From: an uncultured Clostridia bacterium
Lineage (GTDB): Bacteria > Bacillota > Clostridia > TANB77 > CAG-508
Direction: 5' to 3'
Length of the DNA: 64,000 nt
Assembly (NCBI GenBank): GCA_947590905.1
Contig: CANQCU010000003.1
Span: forward strand, 18,968-82,967
This document shows, one piece after another, positions 30,101-39,346 of the stretch. The notes under the pieces were generated by a model. It was not told where the DNA came from. It did not search any database and saw nothing but the letters and a program-made list of their open reading frames with translations. The translations under genes were made by a program, and so were the position numbers. The first letter of the stretch is position 1; every line of letters begins with the position of its first letter.

Positions 30101-30721
30101 TTTGACATAAATAGATATAAATTATTTAAAGCAGATGTAGATAATGTTATTCCAATAACTGATCAAGCATACTTTGGTGATGACATTGTAGAGAGATTTA
30201 AAGATTTTTTAAGAGTTGCTTATGGAATGAATACTTTTAATGAGAATCTTGACTTTATTGCAGAAGCGTTAGGTAAGAAAGGTACAGAAACAAGTGAAGA
30301 CACTATAAGAAGATATTTCTTAAATGACTTTTATAATGACCATATTAAAACATATCAAAAACGACCTATATACTGGTTGTTTGATAGTGGCAAGAAAAAT
30401 GGATTTAAAGCACTTGTTTATATGCACAGATACAATGAAAATTTAGTACCAAAAGTAAGATTAGATTATTTACATAGAGTGCAAACAACTTATGAAAAAT
30501 TATTATCAGATGTTAATTATAGACTAACAACTGATTTATCAATGACAGATAAAAAAATAGCAGAAAATAGAAAAGCAGACTTAAATGCTAAACTACAAGA
30601 AATAAAAGAGTATGATGAAAAGATAGCACATATTGCTAATCAAAGAATTAGTATAGATTTAGATGATGGTGTTAAAGAAAATTATGAGAAGTTTAAAGAT
30701 ATACTAGCGAAAATAAAATAG
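27161..30721 (+). CDS. pglX: BREX N6-adenine DNA methyltransferase PglX
   Basis: 1186 aa. Catalytic NPPY motif (VVTNPPYMGERYM), with the SAM-binding region upstream of it. Position after brxC. Confidence 0.85.
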   Translation: MDKTVLKKFAIESRQDLMEKIKNKIKTFYVDEVFSNEQKGELYVLSNEKHTLSLTNEEYKKRELLIKRIKELSLEQVIEEAAYTWFNRIVAIRYMEINDILPLTKENQSLGIRVLSSKDNTPDPEILKFTNLTNPDLDIDFKKEIYSELKDENDKFKYVLLLVCKKLGKVIPQVFDGITDYIDILIPDNLLNDTGFITKVIKDVPEDNYNQVEIIGWLYQYYNQIEKDRVITSKKAYKKTEIPYATQLFTPDWIVKYMVENSLGRYWIEHNGERTLYPSNNLHQSSSIMENWEHFIKENIEYQDNKLDPTKITFIDPCCGSGHILVYAFEIFYQIYLKSGYNKNDIPELILKNNLYGLDIDDRAGQLSILSVLLKAREYDKYIFNKEIVKKLNIISIQESNTINPEILNNLNDINMKEDAKKLLETFSNAKEIGSLIVPSCLDYEKLEQEIYKDDTIFGIELKDKLLPLIKINKILSTSYDIVVTNPPYMGERYMSQNLKTFIKKYYEVGKNDLFSAFILRIIDFCKKDGFSGIISPYVWFFIKSYIDLRKKVLQEMTFKSCIQLEYNAFEVACVPVATYILKKSHSIEKGIYIKLSDFKGADNQEPKFLEAIHNQECSYKYVRNTDIFEKIPNNTFAYWIGNNMLEVYAKSLPLSNYATACVGLQTSDNKRFLREWYEVDIEKIGFNIKNIEESIKTHNKWFPYNKGGGFRRWYGNVLEVVNWENDGFEIRKYNEYLNSSRNSNIGIANTKYYFKESGTWGLISSADFSVRYSPVGYIFDTAGSSIFSEENLKYYIGLLNTSLVKELLLIQNPTLNFTPGNVANLPVILPEVEIKDCIEKIVDKNIEISKQDWDSFETSWDFVKHPLLLEANLTPKQIQKEESNGFQVCNNLEEAYNHWTISCNNRFKQLKENEEELNRIFIDIYGLQNELTPEVEDKDITIRLADKERDIKSFISYAVGCMFGRYSLDEDGLIYAGGDFDINRYKLFKADVDNVIPITDQAYFGDDIVERFKDFLRVAYGMNTFNENLDFIAEALGKKGTETSEDTIRRYFLNDFYNDHIKTYQKRPIYWLFDSGKKNGFKALVYMHRYNENLVPKVRLDYLHRVQTTYEKLLSDVNYRLTTDLSMTDKKIAENRKADLNAKLQEIKEYDEKIAHIANQRISIDLDDGVKENYEKFKDILAKIK

Positions 30722-30732
30722 GAGGATAGATT

Positions 30733-33276
30733 ATGTTTGATGAAGTATTACAACTATTAAATGATACTTTAAATGGTGCTTTTTCAAGAGATACAGAAAG
30801 AAAAAGAACTAGAAAAATTATATTCTGGTATGATTCTAAACAAGAATATCTTGATTTTATCAATGAACTAGAATTAGACAATACAGAAATATTAAAGTAT
30901 GATAACAATAGTTTTTGGATTAGATACCATATAGAAAAAGAAGAACTTAATAAGAATATTATTATCTATCTTCCTTTTGAAAGAAAAAAAGGTATAGATA
31001 ATGACTTATTAGATTTAGAAACTGCAAATAGTGATTTATTGTTTAATCCAGATTCAACAACAATGAGATTAAAGAATTTAGGTTTAACAGATGATGAAAG
31101 AAATATAATTAAAAAATATTCAAAATTCTTTGGAAATAAGAAAAGAGAAACGGAATTTAAAAACTTTGATATTGATGAAAAGAATGCAAATAATATAGAT
31201 TTAATTATTACAGCAATAATGCTTAATATTAAGTCTATCAATGAAGATGATATTTTAAAGGAAATTATTAGATTTTATTTTGAAGATGAGAAAAAGTATG
31301 AAGAATTATTTAAGTATGGAAGCGAAGAATTTATATTAGAATTGTTTAATAATACTTTTGGATCAGATGTAAAATCTTATAAAGATTTGCCAGAAATATA
31401 TAAATCATTAGTATTTACTTATTTCGCAACAAGTTTAAAAGAGCCAAAGAAAGCAAGTAGATATAGTAAATATATACTAACTAAAAAAACTACTAATATA
31501 TATGTTTTCTTAAATAATTTAATGAGAGATAAGACAATGAAATCTTATTTTGAACACTTATCAAAAGAAATAGAAAAAGAATTTGGAATAAATGAATTAT
31601 TACAATCAATGGATATAGATGATTACATTTCAAGTGACGCTTTTGAAAGCATAGATAGATGTGTAATAAAATACATTGTTGATAAATTATTTAATGGAAT
31701 AGGAGAATATGATTTATATTCTAATTATATTGATACAAGAGAAAGTAAATATTGGTTTGATAAATTAGAAAACGAGTATAACTTATTAAAAGTTTCAATA
31801 ACATTCTTTGAAAAGATTAAAGAAATAGAAGACAAAATAAAAATAGAAGATATTGATTTATTTGCTAAAAATTATACAGAAATATTTAGCGAGATAGATA
31901 CATTATATAGAAAAGTTTACTTTTACTATGACAGTATAGAAGACAAAGATATATTTATCAATTTAAAGAACAAAATAGAGAATATCTATGTTAATGACTT
32001 TATGAGCGAATTATCTATTAAATGGAGTGATACGATAGAAAATATGAATAAATATGATTCTAATCGTATGACATTACAAAAAGATTTTTACAAAAATTAT
32101 ATTAAGCCATTTAACGATAAGAAAGATAGAATTATTGTTATAATTTCAGACGCTTTTAGATATGAATGTGCAAAAGAATTAAATAATAGACTAAAAGTAT
32201 TTGCTAGTAAATCCGATATAAAATATATGCAAGGACTTGTTCCATCATATACTAAACTTGGTATGGCAGCATTACTACCAAATAAGGAATTAGAAAGAGT
32301 TAAAGATAGTGATGATATTTTAGTTGATGGACAACCTTCTGCCAGTCTTAATGATAGAGAGTTAATATTACAAAAAGAGAATCCAGATTCTATTGCTATA
32401 AAGTATGATGACTTATATGAAATGACTAAACTTGAATGGAAAAAAGTTTTTTCTGGTAAAAAGATAGTTTATATTTATCACGATACCATAGATAATGCAG
32501 GAGAACATAACGAGAATACAATATTCACTGCTTGTGATAAAGCAATAAATGAATTAGAAAAGTTAATAAAAGATTTACATACTACTTTTAGTGGAATAAA
32601 TGCTTTTATAACTGCCGATCACGGATTCTTTTATAAAAGAGGAAAAGTAGAAAGCTATGAAAAAACAAGTAAGACTACAAATGCTACAAAACAAAAAACT
32701 AGATATTCTTATTCAGATAGTATTTCAAATGATGAGGGAATTTTATCTATCAATCTTGATTATGTATTTGGTAGTAATAGTGGGTATGTAAATATTCCAA
32801 AAGGTAATATTATATTTGCTAGACAAGGAACAGGAATAAATTATGTTCACGGTGGCATACTTCCACAAGAAATAATTGTTCCAGTTATAGACTTTAAATC
32901 AACAAGAACAAGTGATGATAGTAAAAAGGTTGGTATTACTTATAGTGGACTTACTGCTAAAATTACAAATGCTATTACTTATTTAGAGTTTTTACAAGAT
33001 AATAACATAGATGAAAATAACAAGCCTTGTAGATACCTATTACATTTTGAAGATGAAGATGGAAATAGAGTTTCTGATGAATGTACTATTATAGCCAATT
33101 ATGAAAATACAGAAGTAAAAGATAGATTCTTTAAAGAAAAGTTTGTATTTAAAAATATTGAATATGATAGAACAAAACCTTATTATTTAGTAATTATAGA
33201 TGAAGAAACTGGTATAGAAGCAAATAGAGTCAAATTCTATATTGATATTGCCATTGTAAATAATTTTGATTTTTAG
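30733..33276 (+). CDS. pglZ: BREX alkaline-phosphatase-superfamily protein PglZ
   Basis: 847 aa. PglZ-domain signature (IVIISDAFRYECAKEL). Position after pglX. Confidence 0.75.
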   Translation: MFDEVLQLLNDTLNGAFSRDTERKRTRKIIFWYDSKQEYLDFINELELDNTEILKYDNNSFWIRYHIEKEELNKNIIIYLPFERKKGIDNDLLDLETANSDLLFNPDSTTMRLKNLGLTDDERNIIKKYSKFFGNKKRETEFKNFDIDEKNANNIDLIITAIMLNIKSINEDDILKEIIRFYFEDEKKYEELFKYGSEEFILELFNNTFGSDVKSYKDLPEIYKSLVFTYFATSLKEPKKASRYSKYILTKKTTNIYVFLNNLMRDKTMKSYFEHLSKEIEKEFGINELLQSMDIDDYISSDAFESIDRCVIKYIVDKLFNGIGEYDLYSNYIDTRESKYWFDKLENEYNLLKVSITFFEKIKEIEDKIKIEDIDLFAKNYTEIFSEIDTLYRKVYFYYDSIEDKDIFINLKNKIENIYVNDFMSELSIKWSDTIENMNKYDSNRMTLQKDFYKNYIKPFNDKKDRIIVIISDAFRYECAKELNNRLKVFASKSDIKYMQGLVPSYTKLGMAALLPNKELERVKDSDDILVDGQPSASLNDRELILQKENPDSIAIKYDDLYEMTKLEWKKVFSGKKIVYIYHDTIDNAGEHNENTIFTACDKAINELEKLIKDLHTTFSGINAFITADHGFFYKRGKVESYEKTSKTTNATKQKTRYSYSDSISNDEGILSINLDYVFGSNSGYVNIPKGNIIFARQGTGINYVHGGILPQEIIVPVIDFKSTRTSDDSKKVGITYSGLTAKITNAITYLEFLQDNNIDENNKPCRYLLHFEDEDGNRVSDECTIIANYENTEVKDRFFKEKFVFKNIEYDRTKPYYLVIIDEETGIEANRVKFYIDIAIVNNFDF

Positions 33277-33287
33277 GAGGTGCAGTA

Positions 33288-35318
33288 ATGGAAGAACTTA
33301 ATGAAAAGTTAAATAAATATTTTGCAGGAAAAGTTGTAAGAAAAGATTTAACTAAAAAAATTAAAGAGGGAGCAAATGTACCTGTCTATGTTCTTGAATA
33401 CTTACTTGGTATGTACTGTGCTACTAATGATGAAAATGCAATTCTTGATGGTGTAGAAACAGTTAAGAAGATATTAGCAGATAACTTTGTAAGACCAGAT
33501 GAAGCAGAAAAAATAAAATCTAAAATAAAAGAAAAAGGTATTTATACAATTATAGATAAAGTAACGGTAAGACTTAATGAGAAATTAGATTTATACCAAG
33601 CAGAGTTTTCTAATTTAGGAATAAAAGACGCTTCTATAAGTGAAGAAATTGTTAATAAATATGAAAAACTTTTAGTTGGTGGTATATGGTGTATTATTAA
33701 AGTTAGTTATAACTATGATGACCAAGATAGACATAAAATGCCTTTTAAAGTAGCAAGTCTTGATCCAATACAACTTCCAAATATGGATTTAACTGGCTTG
33801 TTTGATGGAAGAAAACATTTTACAAAAGAAGAATGGATTGATATTTTAGTTCGTTCTATGGGAATAGAGCCATCAAAACTTACTGAAATACAAAAGTGGC
33901 ATTTTCTTGAAAGAGCAGTACCACTTGTAGAGAATAATTATAATCTATGTGAACTAGGTCCGAGAGGAACTGGTAAGTCACATATCTATAAAGAAATATC
34001 TCCAAATAGTATTTTAGTATCTGGTGGACAAACTACTGTTGCTAATTTGTTCTATAATATGGGACAAAAGAAAATAGGTTTAGTAGGTATGTGGGACTGT
34101 GTTGCTTTTGATGAAGTAGCAGGTATTACATTTAAAGATAAAGATGGAATCCAAATAATGAAAGATTATATGGCTTCTGGATCATTTGCAAGAGGAAAAG
34201 AAGAAAAAAATGCAAATGCTTCTATGGTATTTGTAGGGAATATAAATCAAAGTGTTGAAGTATTATTAAAAACATCACATTTATTTGAGCCATTCCCAAA
34301 AGAGATGGCAAATGATTCTGCTTTCTTTGACAGAATGCACTTTTATCTTCCTGGTTGGGAAATTCCTAAAATGCGACCAGAGTTAATAACAGATGAATAT
34401 GGATTTATTACAGACTATTTATCAGAATATTTTAGAGAAATGAGAAAAAGGACTTTTTCAGATTCACTAGATAAATACTTTAAATTAGGAAATAACTTAA
34501 ATCAAAGAGATGTTATAGCAGTTAGAAAGACAGTTTCTGGTTTAGTTAAATTGTTATATCCAAATGGAGAATATAGTAAAGAAGAACTTGAAGAAATACT
34601 TGCCTATGCTTTGGTAGGAAGAAGACGAGTAAAAGAACAATTAAAGAAAATAGGTGGTATGGAGTTCTATGATGTTCACTTTTCTTATATTGATTTAGAA
34701 AGTATGGAAGAAAAATTTATTTCAGTACCAGAAAATGGTGGTGGAAAACTTATTCCAGAGGGAATGCTTAAAGCAGGGCATACTTACTTTATAGGTAGAG
34801 GAACATCTGGAATGATAGGAACATATAAAATTGAAGTAGAATCTCCAAGTGGACACGGTAAATTTTCAGTTTCTGGCGTAGGTAATGATAGAGAAACAAA
34901 AGAAGCATTAAATACAGCATTTAATTATTTTAGAGCAAACAAAAAAAGTATAAGTGCTAGTATTCAAGTAGATAATGTTGATTATTTACTACATATTGAA
35001 GATTTACAAGGAGTAGGTGCTTCAAAAGATATATCTCTTGCTTCATTTGTTGCAATGTGTAGTAGTGCTTTGAAGAAACCTATACAAGGTAGTTTAGTCA
35101 TATTAGGTAGTATGAGTATAGGTGGAACAATTAGTAAAGTAGAAGAAATAGCCAATACTTTACAAGTATGTTTTGATTCAGGTGCTAAAAAAATATTACT
35201 ACCAATGTCTTCTGCTAGTGATATATCAAGTGTACCTAGTGACTTATTTTCAAAGTTTAACATAGCATTTTATAATGATCCAGAAGACGCAGTATATAAA
35301 GCATTAGGTATAGAATAA
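33288..35318 (+). CDS. brxL: BREX Lon-like protease BrxL
   Basis: 676 aa. Conserved BrxL N-terminus (VVRKDLTKKIKEGANVPVYVLEYLLGMYC). AAA/Lon-like Walker A (GPRGTGKSH). Lon-protease-like C-terminal domain. Confidence 0.75.
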   Translation: MEELNEKLNKYFAGKVVRKDLTKKIKEGANVPVYVLEYLLGMYCATNDENAILDGVETVKKILADNFVRPDEAEKIKSKIKEKGIYTIIDKVTVRLNEKLDLYQAEFSNLGIKDASISEEIVNKYEKLLVGGIWCIIKVSYNYDDQDRHKMPFKVASLDPIQLPNMDLTGLFDGRKHFTKEEWIDILVRSMGIEPSKLTEIQKWHFLERAVPLVENNYNLCELGPRGTGKSHIYKEISPNSILVSGGQTTVANLFYNMGQKKIGLVGMWDCVAFDEVAGITFKDKDGIQIMKDYMASGSFARGKEEKNANASMVFVGNINQSVEVLLKTSHLFEPFPKEMANDSAFFDRMHFYLPGWEIPKMRPELITDEYGFITDYLSEYFREMRKRTFSDSLDKYFKLGNNLNQRDVIAVRKTVSGLVKLLYPNGEYSKEELEEILAYALVGRRRVKEQLKKIGGMEFYDVHFSYIDLESMEEKFISVPENGGGKLIPEGMLKAGHTYFIGRGTSGMIGTYKIEVESPSGHGKFSVSGVGNDRETKEALNTAFNYFRANKKSISASIQVDNVDYLLHIEDLQGVGASKDISLASFVAMCSSALKKPIQGSLVILGSMSIGGTISKVEEIANTLQVCFDSGAKKILLPMSSASDISSVPSDLFSKFNIAFYNDPEDAVYKALGIE

Positions 35319-35732
35319 GTTTTAACAAATAATATGGAGAGGTAATATTGATAAAACTTTAATTATATAATGAAATGAACGCACAAATTGTAAGTATTTG
35401 TGTGTTTTTTTAATTTTTTATATCAGTACAACACAATCCGACATTTTTTTCGCAAACATTGTCGTACAATGTATTTTAGTAACATTGCCTACGGCTATGT
35501 AATTAAAGAATAATAAAGGGGTAGTGATAAGAAATAGAAAGGTTGTGGTGTAGTTTATATTCTATTTCAAATAATACATTACAGGCTTAATTTGTAGTAA
35601 TAGATGATACAAAGTTTTTAGTAGTATTTTGCTTTTGTATTTATAGGCAATGTCTTGTTGGGAGAGATTGTCTATGAGAGTAAGAAAATACTATGTAATT
35701 TGCATAGAAAAATTAAGAATCATTGAACGAGT

Positions 35733-35782
35733 CAAATTCAACTCTATTAGCAGAGGAGGATTTGACTCTTTTTTTTATAGTG
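35733..35782 (+). terminator. intrinsic terminator/attenuator upstream of the sigma-like gene
   Basis: Hairpin GAGTCAAAT ... ATTTGACTC followed by TTTTTTTTAT. Confidence 0.4.
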
Positions 35783-35869
35783 TAAGTAAACATTTAAGTA
35801 ACGGGTGTAGAGGTCCTCCTTTTATCAATTTGTTTTTAAAAAAATTCAAATTGATAGGAGGAAAGAAAG

Positions 35870-36346
35870 ATGGCAGAACGCCCAAAGAGAAGAAAATATA
35901 AGGATAATCCTTATACATTAAGTTATGTTGAAGAAAAAAATATTTATTTAGTAAGTTTTAAAGATGGCAATGGAATAAAACAAGTAATAGAAGTTAATGA
36001 GGAAATCTATAAAATATTTAATTCATTTGAATTACAAGATTTAAAAGAATTAAATGAGTATGATAGACATATAGAACATTCAGAATTATTTGAAAATACT
36101 CTTGAAATGAAAGCAAAGGACAAGCCTATTAGTGTAGAAGACCAAATAATTAAAAAAGCAACTTTTGACGAATTACAAAGAGCAATAAATAGTTTGCCAG
36201 AAACACAAAGAAGAAGAATAAAAAAATATTACTTTGCTGAAAAAAATGAATATGAAATAGCCAAAGAAGAACACACAACGCAACAAGCAGTAAATAAATC
36301 TTTAAGACTTGCAATTCAAAAATTAAAAGAAATTTTAAAAAAATAA
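35870..36346 (+). CDS. sigma-70 region-4-like HTH regulator (Tn916 Orf7-like)
   Basis: The C-terminus QRRRIKKYYFAEKNEYEIAKEEHTTQQAVNKSLRLAIQKLKE has a sigma region 4 HTH pattern. Position before xis-int as in Tn916. Confidence 0.5.
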   Translation: MAERPKRRKYKDNPYTLSYVEEKNIYLVSFKDGNGIKQVIEVNEEIYKIFNSFELQDLKELNEYDRHIEHSELFENTLEMKAKDKPISVEDQIIKKATFDELQRAINSLPETQRRRIKKYYFAEKNEYEIAKEEHTTQQAVNKSLRLAIQKLKEILKK

Positions 36347-36559
36347 AAAAGTAGGGTTGTTATTTTAATTTTAAGTGAGGAAACAAGTGAAAGGGTACAA
36401 AACTCTTTCAACCTGTTTCTTCTTTTTTTGTGGAAGCAGGAGCGTTCTTTGAAAATTTGATATTCATTCATCAAATACTTTCCTGTTAGAGATAGCACAT
36501 TAACAAGTACGCTTGTCGGTAAAATGCTTGGTTATAAAATTAGGTAGCACCTAATTTGC

Positions 36560-36720
36560 GAAGACATCTAATAGTATTAAAGATACTCCTGCCTAGCCAC
36601 AGACTCACGCAATGGGGGCAGCCACGAGAGATCCTCGGGGAGGTGGAATTCCTGTGAGATTGAATAGCAATCAATCGTTTGATGAAATCCTAGGCTGAGG
36701 GTATTGAGAAAAATATCAGT
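36560..36720 (+). ncRNA. candidate structured RNA / cis-regulatory leader (GC-rich, nested complementary segments)
   Basis: Nested pairs GCCTAG(36590)/CTAGGC(36691) and CTCAC/GTGAG, with GC-rich internal hairpins, in an otherwise AT-rich non-coding stretch. An intrinsic terminator follows, then an RBS. Confidence 0.3.
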
Positions 36721-36750
36721 TGACTAAAAAATAAAAATGAAAATAACAAA

Positions 36751-36780
36751 GTCAGAGTATAGATTACTCTGGCTTTTTTA
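36751..36780 (+). terminator. intrinsic terminator directly upstream of the RBS of the small ORF/mazF pair
   Basis: Hairpin CAGAGTA-tagat-TACTCTG followed by GCTTTTTTA. Confidence 0.5.
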
Positions 36781-36800
36781 CATATAAGGAGGATTTTTTA

Positions 36801-37004
36801 ATGAAAAGAAAAAAATATAAAGTTAAAGTTAAATTGATATTTGAAACTACTATGGATCATTCACAAGAAAGTATGGAAAAAGCAGAGCAAGATGTTAAAA
36901 GAGTTCTAAACGATTATTTAAAAGATAAAAAACTTAATATACTTAATCTATTTGAAAATGAGCCACCACGAATAATATGCAAGGCAGAAAAATATGATAG
37001 ATAA
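36801..37004 (+). CDS. small basic protein (67 aa) overlapping the mazF start by 11 nt; candidate non-canonical antitoxin or Tn916 Orf8-like protein
   Basis: RBS AAGGAGG. Stop overlaps the mazF start. No resemblance to MazE/PemI/AbrB-type or RHH antitoxins that I can recognise. Confidence 0.3.
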   Translation: MKRKKYKVKVKLIFETTMDHSQESMEKAEQDVKRVLNDYLKDKKLNILNLFENEPPRIICKAEKYDR

Positions 37005-37401
37005 TTATGATATTAGAAAGGGAAATATTTATTATGCAAATCTTGATCCTGTAATAGGAAGTGAGCAAGATGGAAAAAGACCAGTGGTGGTTGTTCAAAA
37101 CAATGTTGCTAATAAACATAGCCCAACAATTATAATTGCACCAATTACAACAGTAATAAAGAAAATATATCTGCCAACACATATCATTATATATAAAAAT
37201 GCTTTTTTAAAAAAAGATTCAACTATTTTAGTAGAACAAGTTAGAGTAATAGATAAAACAAGATTATTAACTTATTTAGGAAAACTAACAGATGACCAAA
37301 TAAGAAAATTAGATAAGGCTTTAATAAATGCCTTTGATATAAATATTGAAAGAGAGGGAGATAATTGCAACTATTTAAAAGTAAAGATAAAGGATATGTA
37401 G
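36994..37401 (+). CDS. mazF: MazF/PemK/EndoA-family endoribonuclease toxin
   Basis: Strong resemblance to B. subtilis EndoA/NdoA: GNIYYANLDPVIGSEQDGKRPVVVVQNNVANKHSPTIIIAPITT...KTRL. Confidence 0.8.
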   Translation: MIDNYDIRKGNIYYANLDPVIGSEQDGKRPVVVVQNNVANKHSPTIIIAPITTVIKKIYLPTHIIIYKNAFLKKDSTILVEQVRVIDKTRLLTYLGKLTDDQIRKLDKALINAFDINIEREGDNCNYLKVKIKDM

Positions 37402-37568
37402 TGACTATTATTTCAAATAATAACAAGCAAGAAGTACAAGTAAAAGCAAAAAATAAAAATAGTGCAAAAGAAATGGTTATAAATGTGCTTTTAAAATGTG
37501 ATTTGTTTGGAATAAACAGTTTAGATGATATTAAATTAGAATGTAGAAGAATAAGGAGGGAAGTTTAA
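37365..37568 (+). CDS. hypothetical small protein overlapping the mazF 3' end
   Basis: 67-aa ORF. No recognised domain. Confidence 0.25.
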   Translation: MQLFKSKDKGYVVTIISNNNKQEVQVKAKNKNSAKEMVINVLLKCDLFGINSLDDIKLECRRIRREV

Positions 37569-37801
37569 TGGATGAAATGATTTATTCAGTACACGAAGTT
37601 GCTAAAATGTTGCATTCAAGTCCTAACTATGTTTATAAACTAATTGATAATGGATTTCTTCCTGCTATAAAATTAGGTAGTGTTAAAATATTAAAATCTA
37701 CCTTAATAAAGTTTTTAATGGAGAATGAGGGAAAAGACCTTTCTGATATAAATAATATAAAAAAAATAGAAATTAGTTCACTGGTGAAGTCAAATGGCTA
37801 G
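37568..37801 (+). CDS. xis: excisionase-like HTH protein (Xis)
   Basis: 77 aa. HTH (YSVHEVAKMLHSSPNYVYKLIDNG). Immediately upstream of and overlapping the integrase gene. Confidence 0.5.
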   Translation: MDEMIYSVHEVAKMLHSSPNYVYKLIDNGFLPAIKLGSVKILKSTLIKFLMENEGKDLSDINNIKKIEISSLVKSNG

Positions 37802-39074
37802 TGTTGGAATAAAAAAAAGAGGAAAGGTATATCAATATCAATTTGAAATAGCACCTGTTAATGGACAAAGGAAATGGATAACAAAATCTGGATTTAAAAC
37901 AAAGGCAGAAGCAGAGGAAGAAGGTAATAAGGCTTATACAGAATACTTAAATGCAGGAGTGCCTTTTAAAGAATGCAAAACTTCATATACAGATTATTTA
38001 GACTATTGGTTAAATAATTATTGCAAGACAAACTTAAAATACAATACGATACAAGCATATAAAAATATCATAGAAAAACATATAATACCTAAATTAGGTA
38101 AATATAGATTATCTACGATAACAAGTGTAAGGTTAAATTCTTATATTACTGAAATAGTGGAAGAAAATGATTTTGCTCCTGCGTATTTTAAAAATATATT
38201 AAAGGTATTAAAAGGATCATTTCGTGACGCTTGTGATATATATGGTTTTATTAAATATAATCCTGCCAGAGATTTAAGACTACCAAGATTTGATAAAAGG
38301 AGAGAGGATGTAAAACATTTATATACACAAAAAGAAATAGATTTAATATTAAATAAATTTGCAGACAATGACACATTTACTTGTGTCTTTTTAACTTCTT
38401 GCTATACTGGTATGAGAACAGGAGAAGTATGTGCTTTAACTTGGAATGATATTGATTTTGAAAAAGAAACTATAAACATAGAACACAATGTATATGACAA
38501 GCCAAAAGATGATAAAGGTAGATGGTTTATAGGAACTACTAAAACTGAAACAGGAACTAGAAAAATTCATTTAAGTCAAACATTAAAAATTGCATTACAA
38601 AATTATAAAAGAAAACAAGATTATTTAAAGAAAATATATGGTAAAAAATATATATATTATCACATTGAAAATGTTACGAATCAATCTGGTAAAGTTGTAG
38701 AGCATAGAATAGTAAGAGAAGAATTAAGCAATAAAGATTCTGAAAGAATAGATTTGATTTTCACAAAAGAAAATGGTCTTTATCTTGGAACTGATATTAC
38801 AAGAACACCATTTAAAATAATTCATAATGAGTTAGGAATTAAAAAGTGTAGATTTTATGATTTAAGAGGTAGTTATGCAACTAAAATATTAAATAATGGA
38901 GTTGAGATAAGAGATGTTGCTGATTTACTTGGACATAAGAATATAGAAACAACAGAAAACTTCTATATATCAAGTACAGAAAATTCAAGAAAATATGCAA
39001 CAGAAATATTTGATAGTATTTCAAAATCGGAAACTATAAATAAGATTATAGAGTATAAAATTGATTTGGAATAA
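37794..39074 (+). CDS. int: tyrosine site-specific recombinase / integrase
   Basis: 426 aa. C-terminal catalytic region with R...HxxR and LLGHKNIETTENFY (the tyrosine is in FYI). N-terminal SAM-like/arm-binding part. Confidence 0.8.
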   Translation: MASVGIKKRGKVYQYQFEIAPVNGQRKWITKSGFKTKAEAEEEGNKAYTEYLNAGVPFKECKTSYTDYLDYWLNNYCKTNLKYNTIQAYKNIIEKHIIPKLGKYRLSTITSVRLNSYITEIVEENDFAPAYFKNILKVLKGSFRDACDIYGFIKYNPARDLRLPRFDKRREDVKHLYTQKEIDLILNKFADNDTFTCVFLTSCYTGMRTGEVCALTWNDIDFEKETINIEHNVYDKPKDDKGRWFIGTTKTETGTRKIHLSQTLKIALQNYKRKQDYLKKIYGKKYIYYHIENVTNQSGKVVEHRIVREELSNKDSERIDLIFTKENGLYLGTDITRTPFKIIHNELGIKKCRFYDLRGSYATKILNNGVEIRDVADLLGHKNIETTENFYISSTENSRKYATEIFDSISKSETINKIIEYKIDLE

Positions 39075-39234
39075 TCTGTGGATTCATTGACTATAAGTAT
39101 TAAATATTATATAATAATGAAGAATGTCAAATGTGCGACATCTTTTATCGCAGATTTGTTTCTTCTATATTATTATAGTAGAATAATTGCAGTGAACGGA
39201 TGTGGACAATGTCCACAGTTTGTCCACGTTAGAG

Positions 39235-39345
39235 AAATACTTATAGTACAGATAGTACAGATAATACACATAATACAGATGATACCTAATACCGAAATAC
39301 AATAAATACAGATAATACTATAAGTACAAATAATACTGATAATAT
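39235..39345. repeat. degenerate tandem about 11-bp repeats (TACAGATAATAC-like) just 3' of int; candidate arm-type integrase binding sites / right end of the ICE
   Basis: Units are visible directly: tacagatagta, cagataataca, cataatacaga, ...acagataatac.... The region is riddled with stops in all frames. Confidence 0.4.
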
Positions 39346-39346
39346 A

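Noticed and set aside
35650-35901. 83-aa ORF in the spacer after brxL
   Set aside because: No RBS, odd composition, and it overlaps a palindrome/terminator-rich regulatory spacer. Treated as a spurious ORF.
36560-36720. tRNA or tmRNA at the GC-rich segment, or tmRNA/RNase P at 48300-48770
   Set aside because: There is no acceptor/D/T-arm geometry, and no tmRNA 5' GGGG...CGACGGG or RNase P GGAAAGTCC-type signatures. The 36560-36720 element is too long between the outer pairing segments for a tRNA.
39078-39305. 75-aa ORF immediately after int
   Set aside because: It is a read-through of the degenerate tandem-repeat block (VQIVQIIHIIQ...). There is no RBS. Interpreted as repeat DNA, not coding.
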